Below are positions 19,911 through 29,704 of a stretch of DNA of 64,000 nt, in pieces. Numbering within the stretch: position 1 is the first letter of the stretch; the number at the start of each line of letters is the position of its first letter. Location: assembly GCA_018304425.1 (NCBI GenBank), contig JAGVWE010000003.1, positions 138,413 through 202,412 on the forward strand. Direction: 5' to 3'. The DNA is from Candidatus Iainarchaeum sp. Its GTDB lineage: Archaea > Iainarchaeota > Iainarchaeia > Iainarchaeales > UBA10219. The translations under genes were made by a program, and so were the position numbers. The notes beneath the pieces are model-generated. The model was not told where the DNA came from. It saw only the letters and a program-made list of their open reading frames with translations, and searched no databases.

Positions 19911-20081
19911 TTACCCGGCCACTAGGTGGATGGCTAGGACGATGGCCGAGAACGCGCCCGCAAAGAGCACCACGAATTCGGGGGTGAGCTTGGGGCCCGC
20001 GGTGTCCGCGTCGAAGAACCGCATGATGCCGATGCTGGAGCTCGGAGCCGAGACCCCACCGGAAGTGCGCTGGAACTTCAT
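19911..20081 (-). CDS. secG: Preprotein translocase subunit Sec61-beta (absent from the ORF track)
   Basis: Manual translation MKFQRTSGGVSAPSSSIGIMRFFDADTAGPKLTPEFVVLFAGAFSAIVLAIHLVAG*, with the G.MRFF...P.LTPE signature. Confidence 0.9.
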   Translation of the reverse strand: MKFQRTSGGVSAPSSSIGIMRFFDADTAGPKLTPEFVVLFAGAFSAIVLAIHLVAG

Positions 20082-20134
20082 TTTAACGCCTCAATAGAAG
20101 GCTTTTATAGGAGAAGGTTTAAAATATATCCTAT

Positions 20135-21097
20135 ATGTATCCCGTGCCTGAAAACCCGGCCAAGAGCGCCCTGAAAGTCACCATGCTGGTGGCGCTCATC
20201 GCGGTGCTCTGGTTTGTCGGGGTGTGGACCGGCGCCATCCGGTGCAGCCTGTTGCCCGGCGGCTGTCCGGTGTACTGGGGGTTACTGCGAAGCGGCACCG
20301 GCGGAAAACCCGAGATTTTGATTGTGCACGGCGAGGAAGACGACCCCGGCCTCGGCGACCCCAAGCTGTTGGAGAAAGCCCTGTCCGACCCCAACATCCT
20401 GGCAGTCCACCCGGATGCGGTGAAGGTGGAGCGGGTGACCAAGGACTTCCTGAAAGGCTATGACCTGGTCATCGTGACCAAGGCCAAAGTCATTCCCACC
20501 AAGAAGGTCAAGGAATTCATTGACTTTGCCGCGGAAGGCGGGCGCCTGGTGTGGACCGGGGACGCGGGCACGGCGTTGGGCGGAGACGAGAGCCCGGGAG
20601 AGGCCCTGTTGTTGAAGAGCCAGCGGCCCGGCGAAGAAGACGTGAACGAGGTCATCGGCCCCTGGGCGAGGAGGGACGGCGAGTACATGGTGCCCTTGGA
20701 CGAATTCATTGCCGCGGAATTCCTGGGCACGTACTGCGAGTTGAAGAACTGCCGGGACGCGAACCAGCTGATGGGGCTGTTGGAGGCCTTGCCGGGGAGA
20801 AAGCATCCACTCGTTGAAGGCATCCGCGATGACCTCGAATTCTATGGCGACTTCGCGTTGGTCAATCAACGCGAGGGCAACAACGCCAAGCGCGTGCTCA
20901 CCCTGAAATACGGTTCCGAACTCGTAACCAAGGACAAGCGCAAGCTCGGCAAGGAATTCCCGGTCATCATCAGTTCCGGGCTGGGCACCGGCAAGGTCGT
21001 CTATTACGCCGCACCCCTCGAATACTTCTTCGCCCCAGGGCGGCCCAAGAAGTACTACCAGTTCCTGGAAAACATGTACAAGGGCATGCTGAACTAA
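20135..21097 (+). CDS. Membrane-anchored protein with GATase-like alpha/beta extracellular domain
   Basis: N-terminal TM, then YDLVIV...FAAEGGRLVWTGD...HPLVEGI...GKVVYY. Confidence 0.75.
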   Translation: MYPVPENPAKSALKVTMLVALIAVLWFVGVWTGAIRCSLLPGGCPVYWGLLRSGTGGKPEILIVHGEEDDPGLGDPKLLEKALSDPNILAVHPDAVKVERVTKDFLKGYDLVIVTKAKVIPTKKVKEFIDFAAEGGRLVWTGDAGTALGGDESPGEALLLKSQRPGEEDVNEVIGPWARRDGEYMVPLDEFIAAEFLGTYCELKNCRDANQLMGLLEALPGRKHPLVEGIRDDLEFYGDFALVNQREGNNAKRVLTLKYGSELVTKDKRKLGKEFPVIISSGLGTGKVVYYAAPLEYFFAPGRPKKYYQFLENMYKGMLN

Positions 21098-21588
21098 CGC
21101 CCGAATAGCGCATCGATGAAGTCAAGGCGCGCTGCCTTGTAGATTCTGTACTTTCTCACTCCAAGCGTTGCGGCCAGGGAAAGATGAAGCTGGATGTTTA
21201 GCATCATAACCTGAGCCTGCGTAAGAGGCGCAGATTTCTTCCGGAGGCGTCGCTTCAAGACCCCATGCTCAGACAACCAGACTTCAGCGTCGAATAATCC
21301 CCTTGCGATGTTTCTTGGGACTGCTTGCTTGCGCGTCAAGCAATTCATGGCTTCAAGAACATAACTCAGGAACAGGTTCGCCTGTTTTGCCCCAACCAGC
21401 TTTGCGGGGGGCAAATGAAACCCCTTAAGGACACGTTCACCAAGAGCCTGGAAAGCAAACGTCTTGCCTGGGCCACCTAATTCAGGCCGTGCTTCCTCAA
21501 GGAACCGCTGATGTTGGGGACGCAGGCGATTGCGGCGGGCAACCGAAACAACACCCCGACGGCGGCGGCTGGACCCTGGAGTGGACAT
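21094..21588 (-). CDS. Arg-rich orphan protein
   Basis: Starts MSTPGSSRRRRG. More AT-rich codons than neighbours. TATA tttata ~25 nt upstream. Confidence 0.65.
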   Translation of the reverse strand: MSTPGSSRRRRGVVSVARRNRLRPQHQRFLEEARPELGGPGKTFAFQALGERVLKGFHLPPAKLVGAKQANLFLSYVLEAMNCLTRKQAVPRNIARGLFDAEVWLSEHGVLKRRLRKKSAPLTQAQVMMLNIQLHLSLAATLGVRKYRIYKAARLDFIDALFGR

Positions 21589-21781
21589 ATTCAAGCAGAA
21601 GCAGCAAATTCCTATAAATCTTGCTTTAGCGGTTTAAGCGACCTAAAACAGCCCGCGGAAACCTTTATATATACTAAAAGCATAGGTATAGTAGGGTTCA
21701 GGGGGCAAGGGAAAGGTATATAAATCCCTTAAGCCCTAAATACATAGCAATTAACAAGTTAATTGGAGAGGGTGAAAAAGA

Positions 21782-22675
21782 ATGTATCCTGAAGCTGGTG
21801 GAGCGGATTTGCCTCCGGCAGGCGGCGGGGGTTATTTCCCGGAGCCTGATTGGAAGAGCCGGATTGCCTACAATCTCGAAGGACTTATTCCCTTAATCCT
21901 CATACTCATCATCGCCTTTTTCTTGGCGGTCAAGTTCAACATCGTTTCGAGTTCGACCCCTTTCGTGGGGCCCATTGCAAACGTTTTCGGCGTCGGCAGC
22001 AGCCCCGTCAAGTTGCTCATCATCGGCAAGAGCAGCCCGGAAGTCATCGACGTCCTGAACAAGAACCCGGACCTCGTGGTTTACCGCATGAAGTCCCCGC
22101 ATGAACTCGAGCGGAACCCCAAGGAACAGATTTCACAGTACGACGTCGTCATGCTGGACCAGAGCCAGGAAGCCGACAAAGCCATTTCCCGGAGGCTCGG
22201 CGATGCCTTGAACAGCTGGGTCAAGGGCGGCGGAAACCTGGTCACGGTCATGGACTCGGGAATCCGGCGCACGGGCCTGGGTGGACAGGTCGCGTTTGAC
22301 GTCGTCGGCTGGCAGGGTACCATCGGAGACGTAGTTCCCGTTAGCTGCGACCGCGTCGGCGAAGGACAATTGGCATGCGAAAACAAGATTATCGTCCGCG
22401 GAAAACTCACGCGACAGATTGAGTCCCATGCCATCATGTCCGGCATCGAGGTGGCGCCACCCCAGGAAGGAGCCTTCTTCCTGCTGGAAACCTTTGACGT
22501 CACCCCCACCGGCACCGAGGTGGCCTATGTTTCCGAGGCAAGGGGCATCGACTCCTTCCCCGGCATCGTGGAAAAGAAGATGGTGGTCGGGAAAAGCGTT
22601 TACTTCAACTATAACCCGGGCATCACCCAAACCATCCTCGAGAACACGCTTAAATACATGCGGAAAGCGATTTAA
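21782..22675 (+). CDS. Membrane-anchored GATase-like protein, paralog of 20135-21097
   Basis: TM, then YDVVML...WVKGGGNLV...HAIMSGI...GKSVYF. Strong SD and tandem TATA boxes upstream. Confidence 0.8.
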   Translation: MYPEAGGADLPPAGGGGYFPEPDWKSRIAYNLEGLIPLILILIIAFFLAVKFNIVSSSTPFVGPIANVFGVGSSPVKLLIIGKSSPEVIDVLNKNPDLVVYRMKSPHELERNPKEQISQYDVVMLDQSQEADKAISRRLGDALNSWVKGGGNLVTVMDSGIRRTGLGGQVAFDVVGWQGTIGDVVPVSCDRVGEGQLACENKIIVRGKLTRQIESHAIMSGIEVAPPQEGAFFLLETFDVTPTGTEVAYVSEARGIDSFPGIVEKKMVVGKSVYFNYNPGITQTILENTLKYMRKAI

Positions 22676-22822
22676 CCCCCTTAAGGGGGTGGAAACCGCC
22701 TCCCCTCTTTCCTTTTTCTTTCAGCCCTTTTTCCGGCCAGCGGCAGCCCTTTAAAATGAGTTTGGGAAAACCATGCTATTAGTGCCACCAATAGGGAACG
22801 ACTTACCAGTGGAGGCGATGGC

Positions 22823-23098
22823 ATGGCGGAAAACGACAACACGGTGTTCGTGGGAAAAAAGGGGACCATGGCCTATGTCTTGGCCGTGGTCACGCAAATC
22901 AACCAGGGTGCGAGGGAAGTCACGGTCAAGGCCCGGGGCAAGGCCATTTCGCGTGCCGTGGACGTCGCGGAAATCGTGCGCAACAAGTTCGACACGAACC
23001 TCCTGGTGTCCGGCATCGGCATCTCGACCGAGGAAGTAAGCACCGAGGACGGCACCCCGTTAAAGGTTTCGGCCATTGAAATCACGCTCAGGAAGTGA
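22823..23098 (+). CDS. albA: DNA/RNA-binding protein Alba
   Basis: VFVGKK..MAYVLAV...[16 protein letters not shown]...VSAIEITL. Confidence 0.97.
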   Translation: MAENDNTVFVGKKGTMAYVLAVVTQINQGAREVTVKARGKAISRAVDVAEIVRNKFDTNLLVSGIGISTEEVSTEDGTPLKVSAIEITLRK

Positions 23099-23116
23099 GC
23101 CAAGGAGTTGGAGCCG

Positions 23117-23614
23117 ATGAAGTTCCCGCTGTGCGAGCAATGCATTGAAGCCGAAGAGCTTTGCCCGGCCTGCGAACAGCTGCTCCGGGAGGGGAAAATC
23201 ACCGCGCTCGACGTCGCGGTATCGCACCTCCTCGGCAGGCTCAAGCGGAAGCTCTCGCTGGAGAACGCGGACTTCGTGAAGGCCCTGGACCTCGGAAAGC
23301 TCGTGGTCATCGTGGCCACGGGAAAAATCGGGGTCTTCATCGGCCGGAAGGGCCGCATCGTGACCGAGGTCAGCCGCGAGCTCGGAAGGAAGGTCCGGGT
23401 CATCGAGCAGACTTCGGATGAGAAAAAGATGGTCCAGGACCTGGTGGGAAAGGCACAGGTCCTCGGCATCAACAAGGTGTTTTCCCCGGCCGGCCAGGAA
23501 TACAAGGTCGTGGTGGCCAAGAAGGACGCGCCGCGCCTGGTGTCCGGCAAGGCAAGGCTCGAAGAAGCCATCCGCCAGCTGCTGGGCGCCAAGGCCACGA
23601 TTGCGTTCGAGTGA
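23117..23614 (+). CDS. Archaeal NusA-like KH-domain protein with N-terminal Cys motif
   Basis: CxxC-x6-CxxC, then IGRKG KH motif, LGRKVRVIE. Confidence 0.85.
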   Translation: MKFPLCEQCIEAEELCPACEQLLREGKITALDVAVSHLLGRLKRKLSLENADFVKALDLGKLVVIVATGKIGVFIGRKGRIVTEVSRELGRKVRVIEQTSDEKKMVQDLVGKAQVLGINKVFSPAGQEYKVVVAKKDAPRLVSGKARLEEAIRQLLGAKATIAFE

Positions 23615-23761
23615 ACGGCAGGCGAAAACTATTTATGCTCCTTCGACCCAATAGGTTTACGCAAATTCTTGGACAGCCTTTCGCTGCCGAACCAAGTAGG
23701 GGTTTCCGTCCACCGGCTTATACGGGCTTCGAGAACAAAAAGCGAAAGATATATTAAGGAG

Positions 23762-23797
23762 TCATGATGTATCATGATACAACATGAGCGGTCATGA
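23762..23797. promoter_or_regulatory. Phased TCATGA operator array
   Basis: (T/A)CATGA at 23762, 23772, 23782 and 23792. Includes the perfect palindrome TGTATCATGATACA (23768-23781). Confidence 0.7.
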
Positions 23798-24287
23798 CAC
23801 CAGGCAAAACGAACAAAACCGGGGCTTCGTGGAGCGCATTGCCCCCGAATTCACCGAGTTGACCCTAGACGTCAAGGAATTGCAGGAGCAGGGCAAGGAC
23901 CCGTTGTTCGTCTCTGCGCTCTTATTCCGCCTCATAAAGGAGCGGGAGCGCACCAACCGGCTCTTGGACGACTTGAACGACAAATATGACCACCTGATGC
24001 TGGAATTAAAGCAGCGAAGAGGGGGGGAGTCCGCCGGCCCTACACCCATGCCCCTGGGAACGGGCATGCAACCGGATGCCGGTAACTTCCACCTGCTGGC
24101 TGTGCAGGACGACCAAATCCTTAAATACGTCGAAGAGCACGGCCAGGCCACCGCTGCCGACATCAAGGCCATCATGAACTACAAGCGATTGAACGCGGCC
24201 TCGCAGAGGCTCAACAAACTGCACCGGGAGGGGCACCTCAAAAAAGTCCAGCAAGGCAAGCGGGTGTTATTCTTGTCCAGAAACTAG
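23784..24287 (+). CDS. Coiled-coil plus C-terminal winged-helix protein
   Basis: N-terminal heptads, then ATAADIKAIMNYKRLNAASQRLNKL...KKVQQGKRVLF. Confidence 0.8.
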   Translation: MSGHDTRQNEQNRGFVERIAPEFTELTLDVKELQEQGKDPLFVSALLFRLIKERERTNRLLDDLNDKYDHLMLELKQRRGGESAGPTPMPLGTGMQPDAGNFHLLAVQDDQILKYVEEHGQATAADIKAIMNYKRLNAASQRLNKLHREGHLKKVQQGKRVLFLSRN

Positions 24288-24564
24288 GAGCAGGCGTTTG
24301 GCATCATGGAACGTATTCAACCCCCACCTCACTTCCCTGGTGCCAAAAACTGCCTCCTTCCATTCAGAGGAAAACAAGCCTCCTTGACTCCCAATATCAA
24401 GGAAACCTCCCAAGTCAACGCCAACAGAAAAACAACAAAAAAAGCGAATCGGGTGAAACGGGGCCCCGCTGCTCGTGCAGCGGGGTATCCCATTTCCTAC
24501 TTCTTTCACGCCGCCTTTCACCCCCCCCCAAAGGCTTAAATAACACCTTGGACAAGAGTAAGGT

Positions 24565-25002
24565 ATGCGACGCCGAAGCGTTCCGAGTAGAATGCGTACA
24601 CCGGGTGGACGGCCGGACGCCAAACCAACCGGCGCCTCGAAGCCGTCTGACGCTGCCAGGGCACGGAGAGCACAGACAATAAGGGACCTCAAAAGAATTG
24701 GGAGGCACCGCGTCCCGCCTGAACTCGTGGCAGGGTTGAGAAAAGCCGTGGCCCGGGAAGACCGCATCCGGCAGGTGATGATAGCCGCGCAACGAGCCTG
24801 GCACCGCAAGCCCGGGAGCCCGGCACAGGCCGCTTTCTGGGCAAGACTAGACGAACGCAAGGCACGCGCTTTCTTTGAAGACTGCGCGGCCAAGGAAGTG
24901 GCCTTGCGCGCAGCCCAGCGGAAGCGTGTGTCCTCCAACCTCGAGCGAACGCTTGCCAACATGTGGTGGACCGAGTGGAAGGCGCTGCCGACCGGCAAGT
25001 GA
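24565..25002 (+). CDS. Arg-rich orphan protein
   Basis: Starts MRRRSVPSRMR. TATA cttaaata ~25 nt upstream. Confidence 0.65.
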   Translation: MRRRSVPSRMRTPGGRPDAKPTGASKPSDAARARRAQTIRDLKRIGRHRVPPELVAGLRKAVAREDRIRQVMIAAQRAWHRKPGSPAQAAFWARLDERKARAFFEDCAAKEVALRAAQRKRVSSNLERTLANMWWTEWKALPTGK

Positions 25003-25039
25003 GGCGGCAGACTATACGAGAAGCAGTAGAAAGCCGTGA

Positions 25040-25501
25040 TTATTTTTTGGCCATGCTCTCGCGTAGTTGCTGCAAGAGCTTCTTGCCGGACTGCATCTGG
25101 TTGAAGGCCTGCTCCGTGTCCGCGTCCCTGAACTCGACTTCGAATTCGCCGGAAGGCAGTTTGACGAGTTGGACGCTGTCCCCGTATTTTTCCTGCAAGC
25201 CTTCGAGGAGTTCTTCTTCTTTGACGACCAGGTTGAGGCGGCTGGCCACCAGGTTCTTGGTCTTGCCCAGGTCCAGGACATGGGAACGCAGTTCCTCGAC
25301 GAGGCTCCGGGCTTCCTCGCCGTGCGGGGAAACGTTGACCTCAACGTTGTCCAAGCCTTCCTTGGCGATGGCCTGGCCGAGCCCGGCCTGCTTGGCCTCC
25401 ACTTGTTTGAGTAACCGCTCGAATTTCGCGAGCTCGGCTTCCACGCGCGTCAACAAAAAGCGGAGCCGTTCCTCTTGCTCTTTCAACTCGGATTCAGGCA
25501 T
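25040..25501 (-). CDS. Coiled-coil hypothetical protein
   Basis: 153 aa, Glu/Lys-rich heptads, native codon usage. Confidence 0.8.
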   Translation of the reverse strand: MPESELKEQEERLRFLLTRVEAELAKFERLLKQVEAKQAGLGQAIAKEGLDNVEVNVSPHGEEARSLVEELRSHVLDLGKTKNLVASRLNLVVKEEELLEGLQEKYGDSVQLVKLPSGEFEVEFRDADTEQAFNQMQSGKKLLQQLRESMAKK

Positions 25502-25559
25502 AAAACCGAGTAATTTAGTGGCCTAAAAGATTTATATACGCGAACGCCGTAGTCCTTGC

Positions 25560-26855
25560 ATGGGCATGGACCTGAGCGAAAAGAAGTCGGTGCTGGGCCG
25601 GACCCTGGAAGACATCGAAAGATACGGGGAAAGGGGCACGGCCTACATCGGCAAGGTCGTGATGTCGGCAGGGGAAAAGCCGGTGCTGGGCCGGAAAATC
25701 CTCTTGGACGTCGCAAAGCCCCACCTCATCCTGATTTGCGGCAAACGCGGCGGCGGGAAGTCCTTCAGCATGGCCGTCCTCCTCGAGGAGATGGCGCGCC
25801 AGCCCCCGGAAATCCGGAACCGGTTGAGTGTCATCGTGATTGACACGGTCGGCATTTTTTGGACGCTCAAAATCCCGGACCGGAGGAACCCAGCCGAGTT
25901 AGCGGACTGGGACTTGAAGGCCGACAAGACCAATGTCAAGGTATTGGTGCCGAAAGGCAGACTCGACTTCTACCAGAAAAACGGTTTGCCGGTGGACGGC
26001 GCCTTCACCATCAAGGTGTCCGAAATCGGCGCCGAGGAATGGCTGGCCTTGTTCAAGCTGACGTGGAAGGACGCGGAAGGCGTCTTGCTGGCCCGGGTGC
26101 TTGAACGCGTGCGGGAAACGCTGGGCACCCTGTACGGCTTGGACGAACTCATTGCCGAGACCAAGAAGGACGATGAAAGCGAGAAGCTGGCCCGGCAGGC
26201 CCTGGCCAACCGCTTCGAGGTGGCCAAGGTGTGGGGCTTGTTCGAAAAGGAGGGCACCAAGATGAAGGACCTGGCTGCGCCCGGGGAAATCACCATCATC
26301 GACGTCTCGGCGTACCGGCAGGCCATCGGCATGCAGGGAACCAGGGACATCATCGTGGGCTTGATTGGCAAGAAACTGTTCGAGGAGCGCATGCTGTTCC
26401 GCAAGGAGGAAGAGGTCAAGGTCATCAAGGGCTTGAAGCGGGAGTCGTCCATGCCGATTGTCTGGATGTTCATTGACGAGGCCCACATGTTCATGCCCAA
26501 GGACGAGGACAACATCGCATTGCAGGTGCTATTGGAATGGGTGCGGGTGGGAAGGCAGCCGGGCCTGAGCCTGGTGCTGGCCACGCAGAGGCCGAACAAA
26601 CTGCACCCGGACGCGATTTCGCAGGCGGACCTGTTCATCAGCCACCGCCTGACCGCGCAGCCGGACATCGAGGCCGTGGCCGAGCTCCGCCCGAGTTACA
26701 TGGCGCAGGACTTCGGCAAGTACTACCAGGAGATGCCGCGCAGTAAGGGCTTTGCCGTGGTCTTGGACGACAACACGGAGAAGATGTGGCTCATCAAGAT
26801 GCGGCCCCGGTTCTCGTGGGACGGGGGAGTTACCGCGAGCGCGTTCACCGACTGA
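25560..26855 (+). CDS. HerA/FtsK-superfamily ATPase (DUF87-like)
   Basis: Walker A GKRGGGKS, Walker B FIDEAH, GRQPGLSLVLATQRP. Confidence 0.9.
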   Translation: MGMDLSEKKSVLGRTLEDIERYGERGTAYIGKVVMSAGEKPVLGRKILLDVAKPHLILICGKRGGGKSFSMAVLLEEMARQPPEIRNRLSVIVIDTVGIFWTLKIPDRRNPAELADWDLKADKTNVKVLVPKGRLDFYQKNGLPVDGAFTIKVSEIGAEEWLALFKLTWKDAEGVLLARVLERVRETLGTLYGLDELIAETKKDDESEKLARQALANRFEVAKVWGLFEKEGTKMKDLAAPGEITIIDVSAYRQAIGMQGTRDIIVGLIGKKLFEERMLFRKEEEVKVIKGLKRESSMPIVWMFIDEAHMFMPKDEDNIALQVLLEWVRVGRQPGLSLVLATQRPNKLHPDAISQADLFISHRLTAQPDIEAVAELRPSYMAQDFGKYYQEMPRSKGFAVVLDDNTEKMWLIKMRPRFSWDGGVTASAFTD

Positions 26856-28269
26856 TGACCACGGGGTTTTCGTTGCCGGCCGCGTGCAGGTAGTTCAAGG
26901 TGAACAAGTTCGCGTACAAGGGGTCGAGGGGGCCGGTGAGGGTGTACGAGCCGCTGCCGGCCGCGCGCACGGAGACGAAGTCCGAGGCCACGCTTTCGAG
27001 GCCGGAGAGGTCGTTGGGCGAGCGCAGCAGGGTGCTGTACTCCTGGTCACGCAAATAGACCACGAACAGGTAGCCCTGGGGCCCCAGGCCCTCGGTTAAG
27101 CTGGTTTCCAGGAATTTGGCGGCAGTCAGGGATTTGACGGTGCCACGGAAGAAGGCAATCCAGCCATGCCTTTCCACGACCACCTCATCCAGGTGGGGGG
27201 CGAGGAGGCCCGCGATTTCGGGGTCCCTGGCGTCTGCCGGCACGCCGTAGACGAAGAAAACCGCCTTTTCCCCTGGGTGGAGGACGCGACCGAAGCCGGT
27301 TCCAACCAGGGCGTCGAAGGTCTGGTAGCCGAAGAACAACAGGAGCAGCAGCCAGACGACCCGGTGGGGCACGGCGAAGCGGCGCAGGAAAAGCACCAGG
27401 CAGAGCAAGGAGAAGGCGAGCACGCTGAAGGCGTAGGTAGCTGCGATGGTGGCCCCGAACAGGTAGCTGCCCAGGAAGAGGATGCCGCCGGTGCCGAAGA
27501 GGGGGTAGAGGAATTCCTGCCAGGGCTTCAACGCGAGGCCGGAGCGGGCCTTGAGCCAGTAGAAGAGCAGCAGGCCGATGAGGAGTTGCGAGGCCGCGGT
27601 GAAAAAGTTTCCGTCCAGCATCACCACCAGGAGGCCGAAGGAAACAATCCCCCAAAGCATGGGGCGGACGTTGTGCTGCCCCGAATAGGCGGCCAGGCCT
27701 TCCTGGAGGGCGAAGTAGGCGGCGAAGAAGAGCATCACCAGGAGGGCCAGGGAAAAGAGGGCGGCAAAGGGAACGATGGCGTACATGGGTCTGCCGGTGT
27801 CGTATTTGAGGGGCGCACCCAGCCACTGCGTGACCTGGGACAACGCGATTTTCCCTTCATGGGTGTGGCCGAGGTAGCTGGCCTCCCATTCGATGCGGTC
27901 ACCTGAACCGATCAGGGTGCCAACAATGGAAGAAGAATCTTGCAGGGTGAAGCCTGGCACGGTCGTGTAGAGGACGAGGAAGTGCAGGAAGAAGCCGGTC
28001 AACGAGGCAAGGCAGACCATGTAGAGGAACCAGTGGAAGGGGTGCGGGTTGCGCAGGAAAAAAGCGGGAAGCCTGCCATGGTCTTTCAGGTGGAGCACGC
28101 CAAAGTAGAGCAGGAGCCAGCCGAAGAAGGCCAGGCTCTTGCCGAAGGAGTTGCCCTCGAAATAGGTCTTGGTGAAGGCATGCACGAGGAGTTCAACGGG
28201 TTTGAACAGGAAAGCCAGGACCAGCACGAACAGGGAGGCAAGCAGGGCGGTTTTCGCGTTAAAGGCCAT
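26845..28269 (-). CDS. Polytopic membrane protein (possible GT-C fold)
   Basis: About 11 TM segments plus a soluble C-terminal domain. Start MAFNAK at 28269. Confidence 0.75.
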   Translation of the reverse strand: MAFNAKTALLASLFVLVLAFLFKPVELLVHAFTKTYFEGNSFGKSLAFFGWLLLYFGVLHLKDHGRLPAFFLRNPHPFHWFLYMVCLASLTGFFLHFLVLYTTVPGFTLQDSSSIVGTLIGSGDRIEWEASYLGHTHEGKIALSQVTQWLGAPLKYDTGRPMYAIVPFAALFSLALLVMLFFAAYFALQEGLAAYSGQHNVRPMLWGIVSFGLLVVMLDGNFFTAASQLLIGLLLFYWLKARSGLALKPWQEFLYPLFGTGGILFLGSYLFGATIAATYAFSVLAFSLLCLVLFLRRFAVPHRVVWLLLLLFFGYQTFDALVGTGFGRVLHPGEKAVFFVYGVPADARDPEIAGLLAPHLDEVVVERHGWIAFFRGTVKSLTAAKFLETSLTEGLGPQGYLFVVYLRDQEYSTLLRSPNDLSGLESVASDFVSVRAAGSGSYTLTGPLDPLYANLFTLNYLHAAGNENPVVISR

Positions 28270-28330
28270 GGTATCCAGTGCCCGGCAAGCGAATAAAAAC
28301 ATATTTAAAGCCTTGAACCGTATTCCTTGC

Positions 28331-29704
28331 ATGGGGGAAACCAAAGCCATTGGCTTGCTGCTGGTCGTGTGCCTAGCGGCCTTGCTGGTCCCGTTCGCGC
28401 GGTTCGACCAATTCGTTTCCAGCGACTTGTGGGAAAGGCAACGGGTTTCCGCCGAGATACTGGAAAACGGTTTCGTCCCCGAAAAAAACATGGCCTACTC
28501 GCCTTCGGCGCCGTTCCTCTACCCGCCCTCGTTTGACCTGCTGTTGTCGCTGGCGGTGGCGACGGGCGCAGACTACCTGTCAGCCGTGAAAGTGCTTTCG
28601 TTGGCCGTTGGAGTCTCGCTGGCGTTCTTTGCCTACCTGCTTTCCCGGCGGTTTTTCAGGCCCGAGATTGCCTTGTTGTCCGCGTTCTTCGTCTTCTTCA
28701 TGCCGCGCGTGTTCCGGTTAAGCCTCCAGCCCATTCCGGAGACCCTGGGCCTGTTGTTGTTCGTGGTCACACTCTACTTTGCCTCCACCAACCGGTTGAA
28801 GCTGGCCGGCTTGTTTGCTTCGGCGTTGATGTTCTACCACACGCGGTCCTTCTTCAACTTACTGCTGGTCAGCGGCATCCTGTTCCACTCCCTGCACGGC
28901 GTGCAGGGACTCAAGAAGATGAAGTGGCTGCTGGCCTTGCCCCTGCTTTTTTCCCTGGCCTACTGGCTGGAGCGACTGCCTGCCGCGTTCAAGTCCACGC
29001 AGTTGCTGAACCCCTTTGTCTCCGAGTGGAGCCTCCTGCAAGTGCTGGGCCCCCAAGCCCTGCTGGCCGCCTTCTACCTGGTGTTCTGGTGGAAATACGC
29101 CCGCTACAAGCCCCTCATCCACTGGACCGGGGCCTTCGTCCTCTTGTACGTGGCGGCGCTGGGCACCGGCAACAAGACCCTGGCCTTCCGGGAACTGACT
29201 TACTTGTTTGTGCCGGTTGGCCTACTCTCCAGCGCCCTGGTATGGCGTTTACGGGCTTTAAAGGGCTTCATCGTGCCATTGGCCCTGCTTTTTTCGCTGG
29301 GCTACGCGTTTTACCTGAACTTTAACCCAGCCTATCCCCTCGAAAAAGAGGGCGTGCAAGCCCTTTCCATGGCTTCCCGACAAGGGTTTGGAGCCGTTTT
29401 AACCGATTTCGTGACCGGTTACGGGGTGCCAGGCATTGCCCACAAGAAAACCGTGATTGGCGCCTTCATGGAAAACCTACCGGACGCCAACCAGCGGCTC
29501 TTGGACGCCAAAGAATTCCTGTCCACTTCCAGCCCCGAAACCGCGGTGGCGCACATGAAAAAGTACCGGGCGGGAACGGCTTTCCTGGGCAGGCTGGCCG
29601 CCGAAAACCAGTGGGGCCTCGACACGGACTACACGAAATTCGATTCCCCTTCCTTCAACAAGGTGTACGACAACGCGTTCACGAAAGGCTACTCACTTAC
29701 TTGA
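28331..29704 (+). CDS. GT-C-type membrane glycosyltransferase-like protein
   Basis: SSD.W..., P..YPP.F, many TM segments, C-terminal VLTD..GY...FNKVYDN domain. Confidence 0.75.
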   Translation: MGETKAIGLLLVVCLAALLVPFARFDQFVSSDLWERQRVSAEILENGFVPEKNMAYSPSAPFLYPPSFDLLLSLAVATGADYLSAVKVLSLAVGVSLAFFAYLLSRRFFRPEIALLSAFFVFFMPRVFRLSLQPIPETLGLLLFVVTLYFASTNRLKLAGLFASALMFYHTRSFFNLLLVSGILFHSLHGVQGLKKMKWLLALPLLFSLAYWLERLPAAFKSTQLLNPFVSEWSLLQVLGPQALLAAFYLVFWWKYARYKPLIHWTGAFVLLYVAALGTGNKTLAFRELTYLFVPVGLLSSALVWRLRALKGFIVPLALLFSLGYAFYLNFNPAYPLEKEGVQALSMASRQGFGAVLTDFVTGYGVPGIAHKKTVIGAFMENLPDANQRLLDAKEFLSTSSPETAVAHMKKYRAGTAFLGRLAAENQWGLDTDYTKFDSPSFNKVYDNAFTKGYSLT

